Source of the DNA: Girardia tigrina
Taxonomy: Eukaryota
DNA: 57,194 bases
Assembly (NCBI GenBank): GCA_001938485.1
Contig: MQRK01244678.1
Location: 1 to 57,194, forward strand
Reading direction: 5' to 3'
Made by a program: the position numbers and the translations under genes. This document shows, piece by piece, positions 1 through 12,960 of this stretch (the first letter of the stretch is position 1; each line of letters starts with the position of its first letter). The notes below the pieces were generated by a model, which made no database searches, was not told the origin of the DNA, and saw nothing but the letters and a program-made list of their open reading frames with translations.

Positions 1-3
1 ATC

Positions 4-371
4 ATGACCGACTGTGAAACCGAGACATTCGCCTTTCAGGCCGAAATCGCCCAGTTGATGAGTCTAATCATCAACACATTCTACTCGAACAAAGAGATTT
101 TCCTTCGAGAATTGATCTCTAATTCCAGCGATGTGCTTGACAAAATCCGCTACAAAAGCTTGACGGATCCATCCGTGCTCAACACCGCTAAAGAATTAAT
201 GATCAAAATCATCCCGGACAAAGACGCTGGTACTCTCATTCTCATCGACACTGGAATCGGCATGACGAAAGCCGAGCTCATCAACAATCTTGGAACGATC
301 GCTAGATCGGGAACCAAAGCATTTATGGAGGCGCTGCAAGCCGGTGCTGATATCTCGATGATCAGTCAATT
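4..371 (+). pseudogene. hsp90: HSP90 (cytosolic) N-terminal ATPase fragment, truncated by an assembly gap; probable pseudogene copy
   Basis: [41 protein letters not shown] and [18 protein letters not shown] are HSP90 signatures. DALD reads DVLD and MIGQF reads MISQF. The sequence after the N-run is not HSP90. Confidence 0.8.
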
Positions 372-2976
372 NNNNNNNNNNNNNNNNNNNNNNNNNNNNN
401 NNNNNNNNNNNNNNNNNNNNNNNNNNNNNNNNNNNNNNNNNNNNNNNNNNNNNNNNNNNNNNNNNNNNNNNNNNNNNNNNNNNNNNNNNNNNNNNNNNNN
501 NNNNNNNNNNNNNNNNNNNNNNNNNNNNNNNNNNNNNNNNNNNNNNNNNNNNNNNNNNAATGAATACAACGAAACACCGATGAGACTGGCCAATGAAAGG
601 AAGCTCAATATCGGGGAATATTTCTCTTCCAGCCGATCTGATCCAGGACCACGTTCTCAAAGTCATATAATGAATGATAAACAATTATATCAACTCAGAA
701 AAAATAATTACTCAGAACCGACTTATACCATGAATGTTGTTTATTGGTCCATGATTAGCAGTTATTGTGAATTGATGACCAATATTAAAGTGAAAACGAA
801 TAAAGATATAAAACGCCTGTTTGATAAAAATTTGAAATCTTTTGATCACATTTGTCAAAATATACAATTTAAAAAATTAAGAACCTCTGCGGAGATACAA
901 CAACAATGTTGGCAACTTTCAATATCTTTCAATGGGATTGAGAACATATATGTCGGTACAATATACATGTTTACCATAGTTAGTTATATTTCATCAATAA
1001 CAGAGTATTTAAGCTTATAGCCGAGACGGTAATATCCATAACATGTTTTATATTAACATAACATTATTTAATATTTTCAGTAGGATTATTTATTTCAGTA
1101 GGATTAATTATTTCAAAGAAGTTTGTAACTTTGTATAAATGATGTGAATGCATTTATTAATAGTAGCATTTACTTTTCCATCTGATATTTCTATATGTTA
1201 TACTTGTATTACCCCTGAAAAATCTTTTTACTGCTTCGGAAATTTAAATTAATTTGAATGATTTGACTTTTTGGAAGAAAAACAAACTCCTATTTTATGA
1301 AATTTGTAGAAAGATTTTGAAGAATAGTTACGATTGATAACTGCTTCACTAAATAATTAGAAAATCCCTATTTTTACTTTTTAGGTGAAGTAAATGTTTT
1401 TATTAATTAATATTTACAAATATATTTTTCTAATTTTATGTCAAATAAAATTGTTGCATAAAAACGTTTTTTATCCGAATTCGAATGAGGATTAAATTAT
1501 CAAAAGTATTCTTTAAACAAGAAAGTCTAAGTCTAAGATTCAAATCATAAGAATGTTACACGGATCACGTTACAATATCTGAAAGCGTATTTATGTTTAC
1601 CATTAGATCAGTCTTCACTAAGTCACGTACACGATTGATATTTTCTTCTGTTGCAACTCTCGGTCTTTTTGATCCTTGAACCCTTGTGAATTCTCATTTT
1701 TCTTTTTAGGTGGTTGAGACTCTTCTCGACGAAACGACATTCTATTCACCCCATGTAGCAACTATCAGAGAATGTATTTCTGTAACTTTGCAATCACTCA
1801 TATCTCCACTCAAAATAAAAACTATTAAAAAACGTCAATACAAATAAATAAATTATAAAATCAATAAATCGAAAATCTAATCAAATTCAATTTTTTAGCA
1901 CAAATCAGGTACGAAAATTAACGCATTACCTATTATATGTCAATGTTCTAAAAATGCCATTTTTGGGTCCCTATATGTATATTAATAGTTAACTAAACTT
2001 CAGTTAAACAACTTATATTAATTTAATATTTATATTAACTTTTAAAATAATATCCCAAATTTATACGTTATTCAGTTTGAGTCGTTTTTGAATACCATTT
2101 TTATGTATATTCGTCCAGACACAGACTTATCAAAATCATTTCTAGATTCAATAATTTGATTGTGATCGATTCATTAATTAGTTCCATATATCCCATTATT
2201 AATAACGGATTCTCAAAAAGCACCAGAATTACTTTGACTTTTTTTAATATTAAGCTATTAGATAAATAATAGAATTATGCTAATTAATTAATTTCCCACA
2301 ACATTATGTTTCCTTTATTACGGTTTTCCTTGTCAAATATATTACTAAAATACTAGTCTTTTTTTAGCCAAAAATTAAAGTGAAAAAAGGTCAAAAACAT
2401 TAACAGAAAAAGAGCAAACTAAAGATACGTAATTTATGAGGCTGACAGCTCTTGTTTGAAATTTATGAATTAATTGATTAGCAAATTTCTTTGGGCAATT
2501 TATAATTTATTTTGATAAGAATTGATATCGATATAATATATTGGCATTTCGACTTGATACGTTCAGATTTACTATCAAATTATTGAGAAAATCTCAATTA
2601 ACTGAGCGATATTCTCGGTTGAGATTTATTCGGAGGAGCGGCCATGGTTCTATTTCGATAAACCACTCTAAATGCCTATACTTACTCCCTCATATCTCGA
2701 CAGATTTTCACCATTTTTTTAATTTTCAATACAGCATCAACAAAATTCCATTAAAAAACCTCTATTTATTAATTTTGTATAAACATGATTTCGTTAATTA
2801 ATATCTGTGCAATATCCTGAATACTTGAAAGTTAATTATGCGGTAAATAATAATAATGATAACATTGAAATGATAATAATAATTATTATAATGTCAAATG
2901 TGATTTTTGATATCGGTTTAAGATTTTCAATTAAAATTTAATATCATTATATTGTTCTAGTAACAGTTTTAATAAG

Positions 2977-3001
2977 TATATATATATATATATATATATA
3001 T
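2977..3001. repeat. (TA)n microsatellite
   Basis: Direct TA run; similar runs near 21070-21105, 36146-36165 and 42205-42228. Confidence 0.9.
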
Positions 3002-3170
3002 TAGAGATATACCGGCAAAATCCTAAACGGTTTTGATGCCGGGTTTTTGCTCAATGTTTACAAGAATTATAAACTCATAAATAATGCGCTTATAAAAACA
3101 AGTGATGTTAAAATAAGATCGCAAAAATGATGCGTTTACAGATGCAGTTTCACAGATTTTCTTATGGAAG
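3002..3170 (+). mobile_element. 5' end fragment of a hAT-like element, same family as the one starting at 15768
   Basis: TAGAGATATACCGG here vs TAGGTATGTACCGG at 15768. The block tttacaagaatta.aaactcataaataat...aagtgatgttaaaataaga...atgcgtttaca is shared with 15895-15980. Confidence 0.65.
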
Positions 3171-3484
3171 TGACAAATGCTGGGATGTTTGACTCCGAAT
3201 TCTGCATGAAGTCACGGGTGGGGTACTTTGATTAAATTATTAGTTTGGACCGTTTATATATCGAGCGAAAAAATCGCTCGATCGAACATACCTAAATAAG
3301 TAGCCTCATAAGATAAGTTGGTTGGTAAGTGATTACGAAGTAGTTCGACAGTAGAATCCAGATCATTGATTGACACGAGTGTCAGAGCGACGATGGCGAC
3401 TAGGCGGCGACTCCGGTTGGATTTGACAAAAATTATGACTCCTGCTCCGGCAAGTGGGATTATTCAATCAATTATTCTTGACAC

Positions 3485-5038
3485 CAGTGATGTCGACTCG
3501 ACTCGAGTCGCGACTTAAGTCCTCAAACCGACTCGACTCAACTCGCGACTCGTTAAAAAATATTGACTCGACTCAAGAAAAATAAAACTGACTCGAATTC
3601 TAAATGTTTCTGATTCAACTGGAGTCGAATATCTTAATTGCCTTTAAATTTATTAACTATTAAAATCAGATTTATAATATTATTAACAATAATTATTATT
3701 TGCAATTGAGTGAATAAATTTTTTAATTTAACTTTATAAAACTTTGTTTTTTTCATCTAATTATATATTTTAGAATTTTAAATTAAAAAAAAAGTTTTAA
3801 AAAAGTTTATAATTTAATTTTTAAGATCCCAAATCGATTACTAGTAAACAAAATCATTAATATTTACTTAGTAAAAAGGCGTCTTTACTATCGGAAACAA
3901 ATTAATTAATAAATATTTATAAATTAGTTAATTACTCTAAAACTTCTAATAATCAATACATCTATTTTTCCTGATCAATTTTTTTCTCTAGAATAATCCC
4001 CCACTTCTAATAATTCCCCACGCTGAAAATTTTTAAAAATTTTTTTGTCTAATATGATGATTTTTGTTGTTATTTGGGAAGAGTTTTAGTTTATCAACTA
4101 ATGAAGTAATATTGTTAAAATATCAAATCCCGTTTTAATTATTAATAGACTTATTAAACCAATAAACAAATTGTAGTTAACCATAAATTGATTTATTTAC
4201 ACTTTAATTGGTAAAAGTAAATATTGCTTGGGATACTCTTTCAAAAGAACTGATTATAAAAAGTTTTTATTCATGTTTCTTATATGAAGGAAACAAAGAT
4301 GCCAAAGTTGCACAAACGGTATCAAATTTAGAACAAAATGTTGTGTTAGTATAAATCATCAAGTTTTTGATGGTGAGGACTATTCGGAATCTAGCTATTC
4401 AGAAATGGATGAATAAATTTGATTTTCTAATAATTTTTTTTCCTTTTTTAAATTTTCTAATAATCTCTCATGTCATTGTTTTTCCAACTTTTTTAAAAAA
4501 ATAAAATAATCAAACGGGGGTAATATTCATAAATTAATTAATAAATATTTATTATCTAATTAAACATTATTAATAGTATTTAAATAATAACAACTTTTTT
4601 TCTATAATTTACTTCATCTTTATTTTCAATTATAAAATATTCCAAATTGAATGTTATGGAACAATTGTTGGAGTTATTATATCACCATTTTATTATTGAT
4701 TCATGCGGAATTATTTAAAAATGTTTGCCTGACAAATTTATTGCATCAAATAATAAAAAATTTATATTCATAAATTAATTAAGAAATGTTAGGGTTTATG
4801 TTAGGGTTAATATATTTAGTGTCTATACTTGTGAAATGTAAAATATGAAGATTTTCTTGAATTGACCTTTTACTCGTTAAGTGTTTTAGAGAATCGACTC
4901 GTAAAATATATAAGATGACTCGACTCGACTCTTTACTCGTAAAAAATTTCAGAAAAATTTCGAGACTTGACTCGCAAAATATTTAGGGCATCTCGATTCG
5001 ACTCGAGTCGACAAAATAGTGACTCGATGACAACACTG
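3485..5038. mobile_element. Non-autonomous hAT-like DNA transposon with GACTC subterminal repeats
   Basis: TIRs CAGTGATGTC / GACAACACTG and many GACTCGACTC repeats at both ends. Flanks cttgacac / cctgataa match at only 5 of 8 positions. Confidence 0.75.
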
Positions 5039-5270
5039 CCTGATAAGATAGTGATTCAACAGGTTACCTAACCATTTCGAGCTAATAATAAAACTCGCTG
5101 GTACTGCGATTGTAGCTCTCGTGCGGCCCCGTACATCTAAGGGTATCACAGACCGGATATTGCTTCATTTCATTTAACTAAACACTATTTATTCCTCTAA
5201 GAAGTCAGTATTTGCAATTTAACACAAATGTACTATTTAGCAGTGAGATTCTTGTTCGTTCATGGAATTC
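5039..5270 (-). pseudogene. Degenerate 18S rRNA fragment (3' major domain)
   Basis: The reverse complement contains gcaatatccggtctgtgatacccttagatgtacggggccgcacgagagctacaat, matching the universal GCAATAACAGGTCTGTGATGCCCTTAGATGTCCGGGGCCGCACGCGCGCTACA. It also has acttcttagagga, ctgctaaatag and ggtaacctgttgaatcact. Confidence 0.88.
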
Positions 5271-6754
5271 CTTTAATAAAAAAAATTCAGTGACATTATT
5301 TGTATTATTATATGAATATTAATTTTGGTAATACATTATAACTTCCGAAGAATTTTCACAAAATATTAATAAATACGACTTTATATTATCAAGTTGTAGA
5401 ATTTGTCACTCTTTTCGGTTTATTCAATTAGGATTTTCATGGTTAAAGTAACACTTCGTTCTTCTGGTAAATGTTGTCAAAAACAAACTTACCATTTTCA
5501 AGCTTTTCTTTTTGCTAATCGAACTTGAGATGGGTATTTTGCTCCTTTCTGCTAAAGTCATTTCTTATCTTTAAAATATTTGTACCTCAATCACTGATTT
5601 ATTCAAATTTATTTCATTCCCTACAAAATAAATGAATAAACAATACGAGCGTTAATTTTAGATTTATACCTATAATTAATTATTTAGGTGATCAATGAAG
5701 TATTATTTTTTTCAGAAAAAAAATCTACAATTTATGTGTTTAATCCTCACAACTCATATTACAGTAATTATATTTTACACAATATTTATTAGTATCATTT
5801 ATATTTTCCGGTTATATTTTAACTGATACAACTAGTATTTGAAGCTGACTGTATAATGTCATCCTAACTTATTCAATAATCAAATAAACCTAATCAAACA
5901 TAAGAAACAGAAATATATGGCGAAAACTATTGCAAATCACTGCGTAACATAAAAGTAAAATAATTCAATATTGATGTGGTCTTCCAAAATAACTATTTCA
6001 GTCACTGGAAAAAACGTTGGAAAAAATGGAAATCGGATTAAATATTGAAATTATAGTGAGAAAGATATATGAAATTAATTTCTTCCTTTCATATGTTTTT
6101 GTAAATTATTTTCTAGGAAATCATTCGATATGTTCAATACGATGTATTTTGAACATATTTTCCTTGGATATTATTTTCTTCCTAAAATTTCCCGTGTTGA
6201 CAGTCTGCACATATTCTGTTGCCTGTGTTTTTTACATGTAAATCTTCTCAATATGTAAACACTAATATTAATTTGATTTTGTAACTCGAATTTACGTTGA
6301 TTCTTCCTGGATTCATTTCTGTGTCTCGTTTCTGTTAGTGAATTTTCAACATGTTTATCTTCGTGTTACATTTTTTATTAAAATAGAAATGAAATTTGAG
6401 ATTCACTAATATCAGACATTTTTGTAATTTGTCTTTTTTGAACCATTTTAAAATTTCATTTTAATTACATCAACATAAATACATTTTCGGTACTGATATA
6501 CTTTCTGGTTAAGTACCACTGACTATTGCATGAAACAAATAGATATTAAGCTTGTTACATGTTAAAAATGTTACCCATATTGACCATCTACAAAATTAAG
6601 GACGCATTTAACACTTTTGATAATATGAACACAATAACTATCCGTTTTTGTATTTCAAAATAAATTTTGGCTTTTGCAGTTGTATAACTTTTGTTAAATA
6701 GTCTATTTTGGTTACCAAAAGAAGCAGTAAGTAGGTAACACATTTAGTCATCAT

Positions 6755-7366
6755 CAGGGCACCAGAAAGTCAATAAAGTCAACTTTTTTTATGGAAACCA
6801 AAATTGTACTGGATACACGTTACTTTCATCCATTTTTGTAAAATCTATCCAGAAAAAAATTTTTAAGGTCAATAGAAGTCAATTTTTTTGTTTTGTGTCA
6901 ATAAAGTCAACTATTTAATTTTAAGTCAATAAAGTCAACTTTTGTTATATAAATGAAATATAAATTGAAATTTCAAAAACGGAAATATAAAGCAATTTGT
7001 AATTCTTTAATATAATAAATCTGATGAGCAATGATAATTAATAAATTTGTTTTCAGTTGATTTTTTGAATTAGTTTTAAGATTGGTTTCATAATTCAACA
7101 ATACCGGACTTAATATGATTGTTTAAAAATTAATGGAAAAGAATAAAAAGTTAATTTTTATGGTAAATATATTACTTTTAATAAGTCAATTTCTAAATGT
7201 TATAGGTCAATTTTTATATTTTATAGGTTAATTTTTTAAGTCAATAAAACCTGATGTAATTGCTTTATTTAATATCTGAAATGTCAATAAAATCAATAAA
7301 AGTCATTTTTTTATTGTTTTTAGGTCAATTTTTTTAAGATTTTAGGTCAATAATCTGGGGGCTCTG
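6755..7366. mobile_element. hAT-type MITE with GTCAA subterminal repeats
   Basis: TIRs CAGGGCACCAGA / TCTGGGGGCTCTG, 8-bp TSD gtcatcat / gttatcat, and repeated aagtcaa/ggtcaa motifs. Confidence 0.85.
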
Positions 7367-7708
7367 GTTATCATACATATGTTATTATTAATTAACAATA
7401 AAAATTTAAAAGTATCAAACAGCACTTTTTTGATGATAATTAAATTTTTTTTAATATGGGCTTGGTCTTAAATATTTTGTAATAATTTAATTAAATAATT
7501 CAAAAAAAAGAATAACAAATCATCGAAAGACCCTATTTGAAAATGTTTAACAGAGAAGTTGAGTGTAAGACTTAATTAATAATTTTTGGATACATTATCA
7601 CTCTCCCAATAATTTAAACATCTATCTCATTCAATTTTAAAATCAATTTTCGTCTACCTTCGTTTTAAAATTTAAATTAAGAGATGGTGGGAAGTGTCTC
7701 CCAAAATA

Positions 7709-9188
7709 TTAGGTTGGTCGAAAAATAATGGCGGTTTTGGGACAAACTTCAAAGACGTGCAAATTCACAGAAACAAAAGTTTATTAATCAAAGTATGAAC
7801 CATTGGCATCAATACATTTTTGCCAACGAGAAACAAGTTGTTTTATTCCATCAGCATAAAATGCATCGGTTCTCGAAGCGACGAATTCTTGGAAGGCATT
7901 TTGAGCATCATTTTGGTTTTTGAAATTTTTTTCACGTAGGAAGTTGTACAAATGCCTGAAAAACTAGAAGTCCGTTGGCGAGAGGTCTGGTGAATATGGT
8001 GGATGAAGCAGGGTTTCATAGTCCAACTCATTAAGCTTTTGAAGAGTCACTTTTGAAATATGAGGTCTAGCGTTATCATGAAGNNNNNNNNNNNNNNNNN
8101 NNNNNNNNNNNNNNNNNNNNNNNNNNNNNNNNNTTGAAGAGTCACTTTTGAAATATGAGGTCTAGCGTTATCATGAAGAAGGATGGGACTTTTTCGATTG
8201 ACCAATCCAGGACAAAGGGTTTTCAATTTTTTATGCATTTCATCAATTTCATAACAGTACCTCTCCGCTCTGATTGTTTCACCTGGATTCAAGAAACTAT
8301 AGTGGATGATTCCAGCATCACACCACCAAACTGTCACCATAATCTTACGGGGTGTTCGTTTCGGTTTTGGAAAGTGTTTCGGTATTTCATCTTTGTCCAA
8401 CCACTGTGCAGATCGACGTCGGTTATCATACATGATCCATTTCTCATCACAGGTAACAATATGATCAAGAAATGGATCGTTTTTATTGCGAAGATGATTG
8501 GCAGAAGAAATTTCATAGCGTCGGTTCTTTTGATTTTCATTCAAATCATGTAGAACCCATTTATCAAGTTTCTTGATTTTTCCAAGTTGTTTTAATTGAT
8601 CCAGGACTGTTGAATGACTAATGCCCAACCCATCTGCAAGTTCTCTGATTGTTGTACGGGGATCTGTTTCCACCATTGTCCTCAAATTGTCGTTGTTCAC
8701 AGCAACTGGACGACNNNNNNNNNNNNNNNNNNNNNNNNNNNNNNNNNNNNNNNNNNNNNNNNNNGATCTGTTTCCACCATTGTCCTCAAATTGTCGTTGT
8801 TCACAGCAACTGGACGACCACGACCTTCTTCATCTTCAAGGTTTTCATCTCCAGCAGAAAATTTTCGGAACCATCGTTGCACTACGCTCAGAAGCTGTTC
8901 CCTTGCCAAACGCTTTATTGATATTGCAAGCCGTTTCTGCTGCTTTACGACCCAGTTTAAATTCGTACAAGAAAATTGCTCGAATTTTAATTTTTTCCAT
9001 TATTAATTTGGCACCGTAAATATTCTAAAAAATAACAGCAATATGTTAATAATGGCTATAGGAATATACAGCGAGGCATAAGATTTCAAATAATATCTAA
9101 CATTAATGCATTTAAACTTATATACATATCAAAGTAGACAAACAAAGTATAAAGCTCAAAAACCGCCATTATTTTTCGACCAACCTAA
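7709..9188 (-). mobile_element. Mariner element (DD34D, cecropia/Hsmar1-like), full length
   Basis: ~30-bp TIRs TTAGGTTGGTCGAAAAATAATGGCGGTTTT at both ends, each flanked by TA. Confidence 0.95.
7784..9000 (-). pseudogene. Mariner transposase, disrupted
   Basis: MEKIKIRAIFLYEFKLG..., WVLHDL, IVTCDEKW, LLHDNARPH and YSPDLSPTDF are present. There is a frameshift near 8885, an in-frame TAG right after SPTDF, and two N gaps. Confidence 0.9.
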
Positions 9189-12100
9189 TAAGTTTATTTT
9201 ATAAACTAGCTTACAAAATAAACCGAAATATGTTTGTTATTCATGGCTAAGTATGTCATGAATTATTATTTTTTGTATATTTTTTAAAACATTAGTAAAT
9301 GTTTTTTTTAGAAATATTAACATTTTTCAATCTTTTAATAAAATCATTTCTGAATAAAATCTGTGTTAATTTGATAGAATAACAAATTTCTTAAAGTGTT
9401 TTCCTTTAATTTCCTTTAATTCCCGAAAGATTTGATATATTTTTCTTTTTTGGAGACTCGACAAATGTTTATCGAATATGTGAATGAATGTTCCACAGGA
9501 TCAATTGTACAGATGCGATTTGTGATACTGTAAACATTAGAAACTAAAGATTTTTTGGTAAATTTAATCTATGATTCACAATTTGAATATTCTATTTTAA
9601 GTTTAGGTTTAGTTTACTTTAAATATTTGGCGATTTATTGTGTCTGGCAGTTTAATGAACAAAGAAAATAATTTTCAGTGTTTAAATTCAAATTTATGTC
9701 CATTTCAAATATTTTTATTCGTTTAAAGAAAATATAAATTTAAAATATAAAACTCAACAACTGACTGGTTTATAAGGTAATTCTAATCTTAGACTACCCC
9801 TTGTAACTGCAGTTCTCCAAATACGAATACGCTGAATTTTTTACGTTTTAGATTCGAATTGAAGGATCAATCGTAATCGTTTTAACTTCTCCTTTCTAGC
9901 TGTTTCGGTTAATGGATTTCTCCTTTTTGGGGGTAACCTACCCCCGTGAAAATTTCAATTTAGAGAGTAATAATCCCAAGTGTCCAGTAAAGGTAAGCTA
10001 CATGTACTGAGGAAACCTCTTACGTTAAGATGTGATGCTCAAACTAACACTAAAACATTTTAACTGTGTAAATCTTGGAAAGATTAAGTAACCCCACTAA
10101 TGATTCCTATAACATCGTTTCTGACACAAAAATACATCAAATAAGAATTTATAATATGTAAATATTGAGACAAAAAAGAAAAATTATAATTATAATCAAA
10201 GATTTACAGATACAATGAAGTTGAAATGAAATAGACCAACTCGATTATTAGAATTAGGTTTAAATAAAACGAAAAAGTTATTCGTGAAAGACCACAGAAT
10301 TTTAATTTTTTTTAAAGTATATTATTTAATATATAAATATTGTAATTAAAAATTCAACTGAATTTATTTAATATCTCAAACTAAAAAGTGTATTACTTCT
10401 TTAACTAGTTGAATAGGAATATTAAAATAATAAAATAAAATAAATCAATCCTTAAGAATTGTTAACGTGACAGGAAGTAAATAATCATAAAAAGATACAC
10501 TTCCACATAAGTGATCAAATAAACCGATCGACGATATCAATCTGTATCATAAATTGTTTATATAAATACCATTCTCAGTATCATTTATTAATAATAATTA
10601 ATAAATATTAATCATTCAAAGAACAATATTGTGATTGTCAATTATTTTTATTTCTATTATCGTTTAATCAAAATCATCTCTTTTACATTACGCAATTTAA
10701 TTAAAAAAACTTTAATATTTTGAAATAAAAAAAATACAAATGTGAATTAAAGAAAATTTAATTGAAGTTGAAAAGTATTATGGTTTGTCTATTATGTAGA
10801 ATCTTTGAAATTTTAGAGTATAAGGAGGTAATTAATTTTTGGTGCGCTGATCAAAATTTAAATAGTTTTAAAAAAAGATTATTTTGATTTAAATCAAATT
10901 AAAAAATTTTAAAAATTAATTTGAATTTAAAAAAACATTCATTAAAAACATTAATAAAAAAAACATTATTAAAAAATTTTATTAATATTTGCAAAACTAT
11001 ATTTTCTAAGTTTGAATTAATTTAATGATATGATTAAAAGATTAAATATTTAAAAAATACAAGATTGAATATTAAATATTTTCAAAATTTCTAAAATAAT
11101 AAAATATTAAAAATGTTTTTTTTTAAAAAAACAACGCAAAATTAAAAAAAAACAGCATATAAGATTTCAGTTGTAAAACAAAATTATAAAAAACAGTATA
11201 AAAAGATTTAAATAAAAAAACATTTAAACATTAAATATTTTTTTAAAAAAAAAATTTAACATATGTAAAATCATTTGATAAATATTTTTGTTTAAAAATT
11301 TACAAAAGTTGAATGTTGTTGTGACTTAATTAAAATTATAAATATATGAAAAATTATTTGAAAATAGAGATCGGAGGATTAATTATTAATTAGGAAAATA
11401 GTTGGTAAATTTGTTTGGTTGTATTTGGTGGAAGAAAAACTATCGCGACATTGGGATGTTCAATATGTGGATGATCTGGCGCGTTATCGATAAGCAAAAT
11501 CACTTTGAACTCGAGCAAATATTTCTTAACTTCTAGAATAAAATATCGATTAAACCATTCTGTGAAAATTGCAAGTTACCCATGCTTTCTTGTTAGCCAT
11601 CCAATGAAGTGTAAGCTTTTATTGCATAATATTTTTTTAAAAACCGCACTATTTCAAAACCGCATAAAAACAGAATCTACTGCAATTAGTTTAAAGGACT
11701 TATAAAATAATACTTTATCTTCCAAATATGTATCTTCATAAAGAGTTGTCTAAAAATTTATATAGTAATTTTTGAAGGGACTTCACCATTTTCCAAATGA
11801 ACTTAACTATTTTCGAAATGACTTTGATCATTTAAATTTTTATTGATTTACTTAACAATTTTTTAAGACAAAACGGTAAAGGAATTATCAAATAAAATTC
11901 GTGGTTTAATTATGTAAAAGATGGAAAACGATAGAAATTTAAGTGGCCACCAGCTTACGTCTTCAGGGATCAACTGTGCGGGTCAGGCAGACATACTTCT
12001 ACGTAGTGTCCCTGAGAAACTAGATTGGGTTTTACTCCGTCTCTAGGCTAAAGTGTCTCAAAGAAAGCCGATTTACTGCGGATCAGCCGGAAATATATTG

Positions 12101-12807
12101 TATTTTAGTGATGGGCTAGTAATCCATCAACTAGGCTTCGCTATGCAATCTGGGTGTGAAGGCTGTGAGGAGTAGTGACCTCGCGGTCGATGGTAGGATT
12201 GCAGCGTCATGATCTAGGATAAATCAATCCCGGTGAACGCTGTTGCAATGATATCGGTTAACCGGTTGAGCTAAAGCATGGATCTCTACATAGGGGGAGT
12301 GCTCGTTGAGAACCGTCAGCGTCCCAGGCCTCCTAAAAAGCCTCAGGCTTAATACTGTAAAGGAGTAGAGGTGCACGTCTGAACAGATCAACAATCAAAA
12401 TGATCAAAAAAACTTACAAGGACAGTAACAAAATTGAAAATCTTCCAAGTAGAAGGAATTCTTTTAATAAAATGGTACAAGAAATTGAAACATTCATTGA
12501 GCAGTTGATATAAAATGAGAACTTCGGGATCACAGACATGTGGTACAATGTACTGTTTGCAAGACTATATACGTCCGGTGTGGCCAGTGTATCTTATTGA
12601 AAACTTAAAAGCAGTACGAATATCCTTTCAAACTCGTATATGCTGAACCTGATTGAATTCTCTTACAGCATGATTAGTTTTATTCTCAGATATCTCCTAG
12701 GTCATGATGCAAAACATACAAGATTAAATTTTAACGATTATTTCACGAATTAGTTCATGCGACTGTGATGTTTGGTGTAGTCATATTACGAGAAAATATT
12801 TCCTTGC

Positions 12808-12960
12808 AAGGTCGAAAATAAAAATAGATACATACTCTACAATGTAATATAATAAAAATATACATTATTCAACTCATTTATTCAAATATAAATGAGTTGA
12901 ATAATGTATATTTTTATTATATTACATTGTAGATTATGTATCTATTTTTATTTCGACCTT
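12808..12960. repeat. Near-perfect ~153-bp inverted repeat (hairpin)
   Basis: Arms aaggtcgaaa...ttcaactcattta and taaatgagttgaa...tttcgacctt (~73 bp each) with a short ttcaaata loop. Confidence 0.92.

Noticed and set aside
151-160. HSP90 RYKS instead of RYES as a lesion
   Set aside because: Lys at this site may be native to flatworm HSP90, so it was not counted as damage.
4-1020. 338-aa HSP90 fusion ORF
   Set aside because: The ORF only reads through an N-run; the post-gap part has no HSP90 similarity.
3490-3630. GACTCGACTC arrays as a CRISPR-like or satellite array
   Set aside because: Irregular short subterminal transposase-binding repeats of a hAT-like element, with no repeat-spacer periodicity.
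7021-7060. CTGATGAG as a hammerhead core
   Set aside because: No stem II or correctly placed GAAA follows.
8036-8818. Apparent internal duplications in the mariner
   Set aside because: The ~45-55-bp duplicates sit exactly on both sides of N gaps, typical of unmerged contig overlaps.
9929-9946. GGGGGTA-acc-TACCCCC hairpin as a Helitron 3' end or terminator
   Set aside because: No downstream CTRR and no second copy; an isolated 7-bp stem is insufficient.
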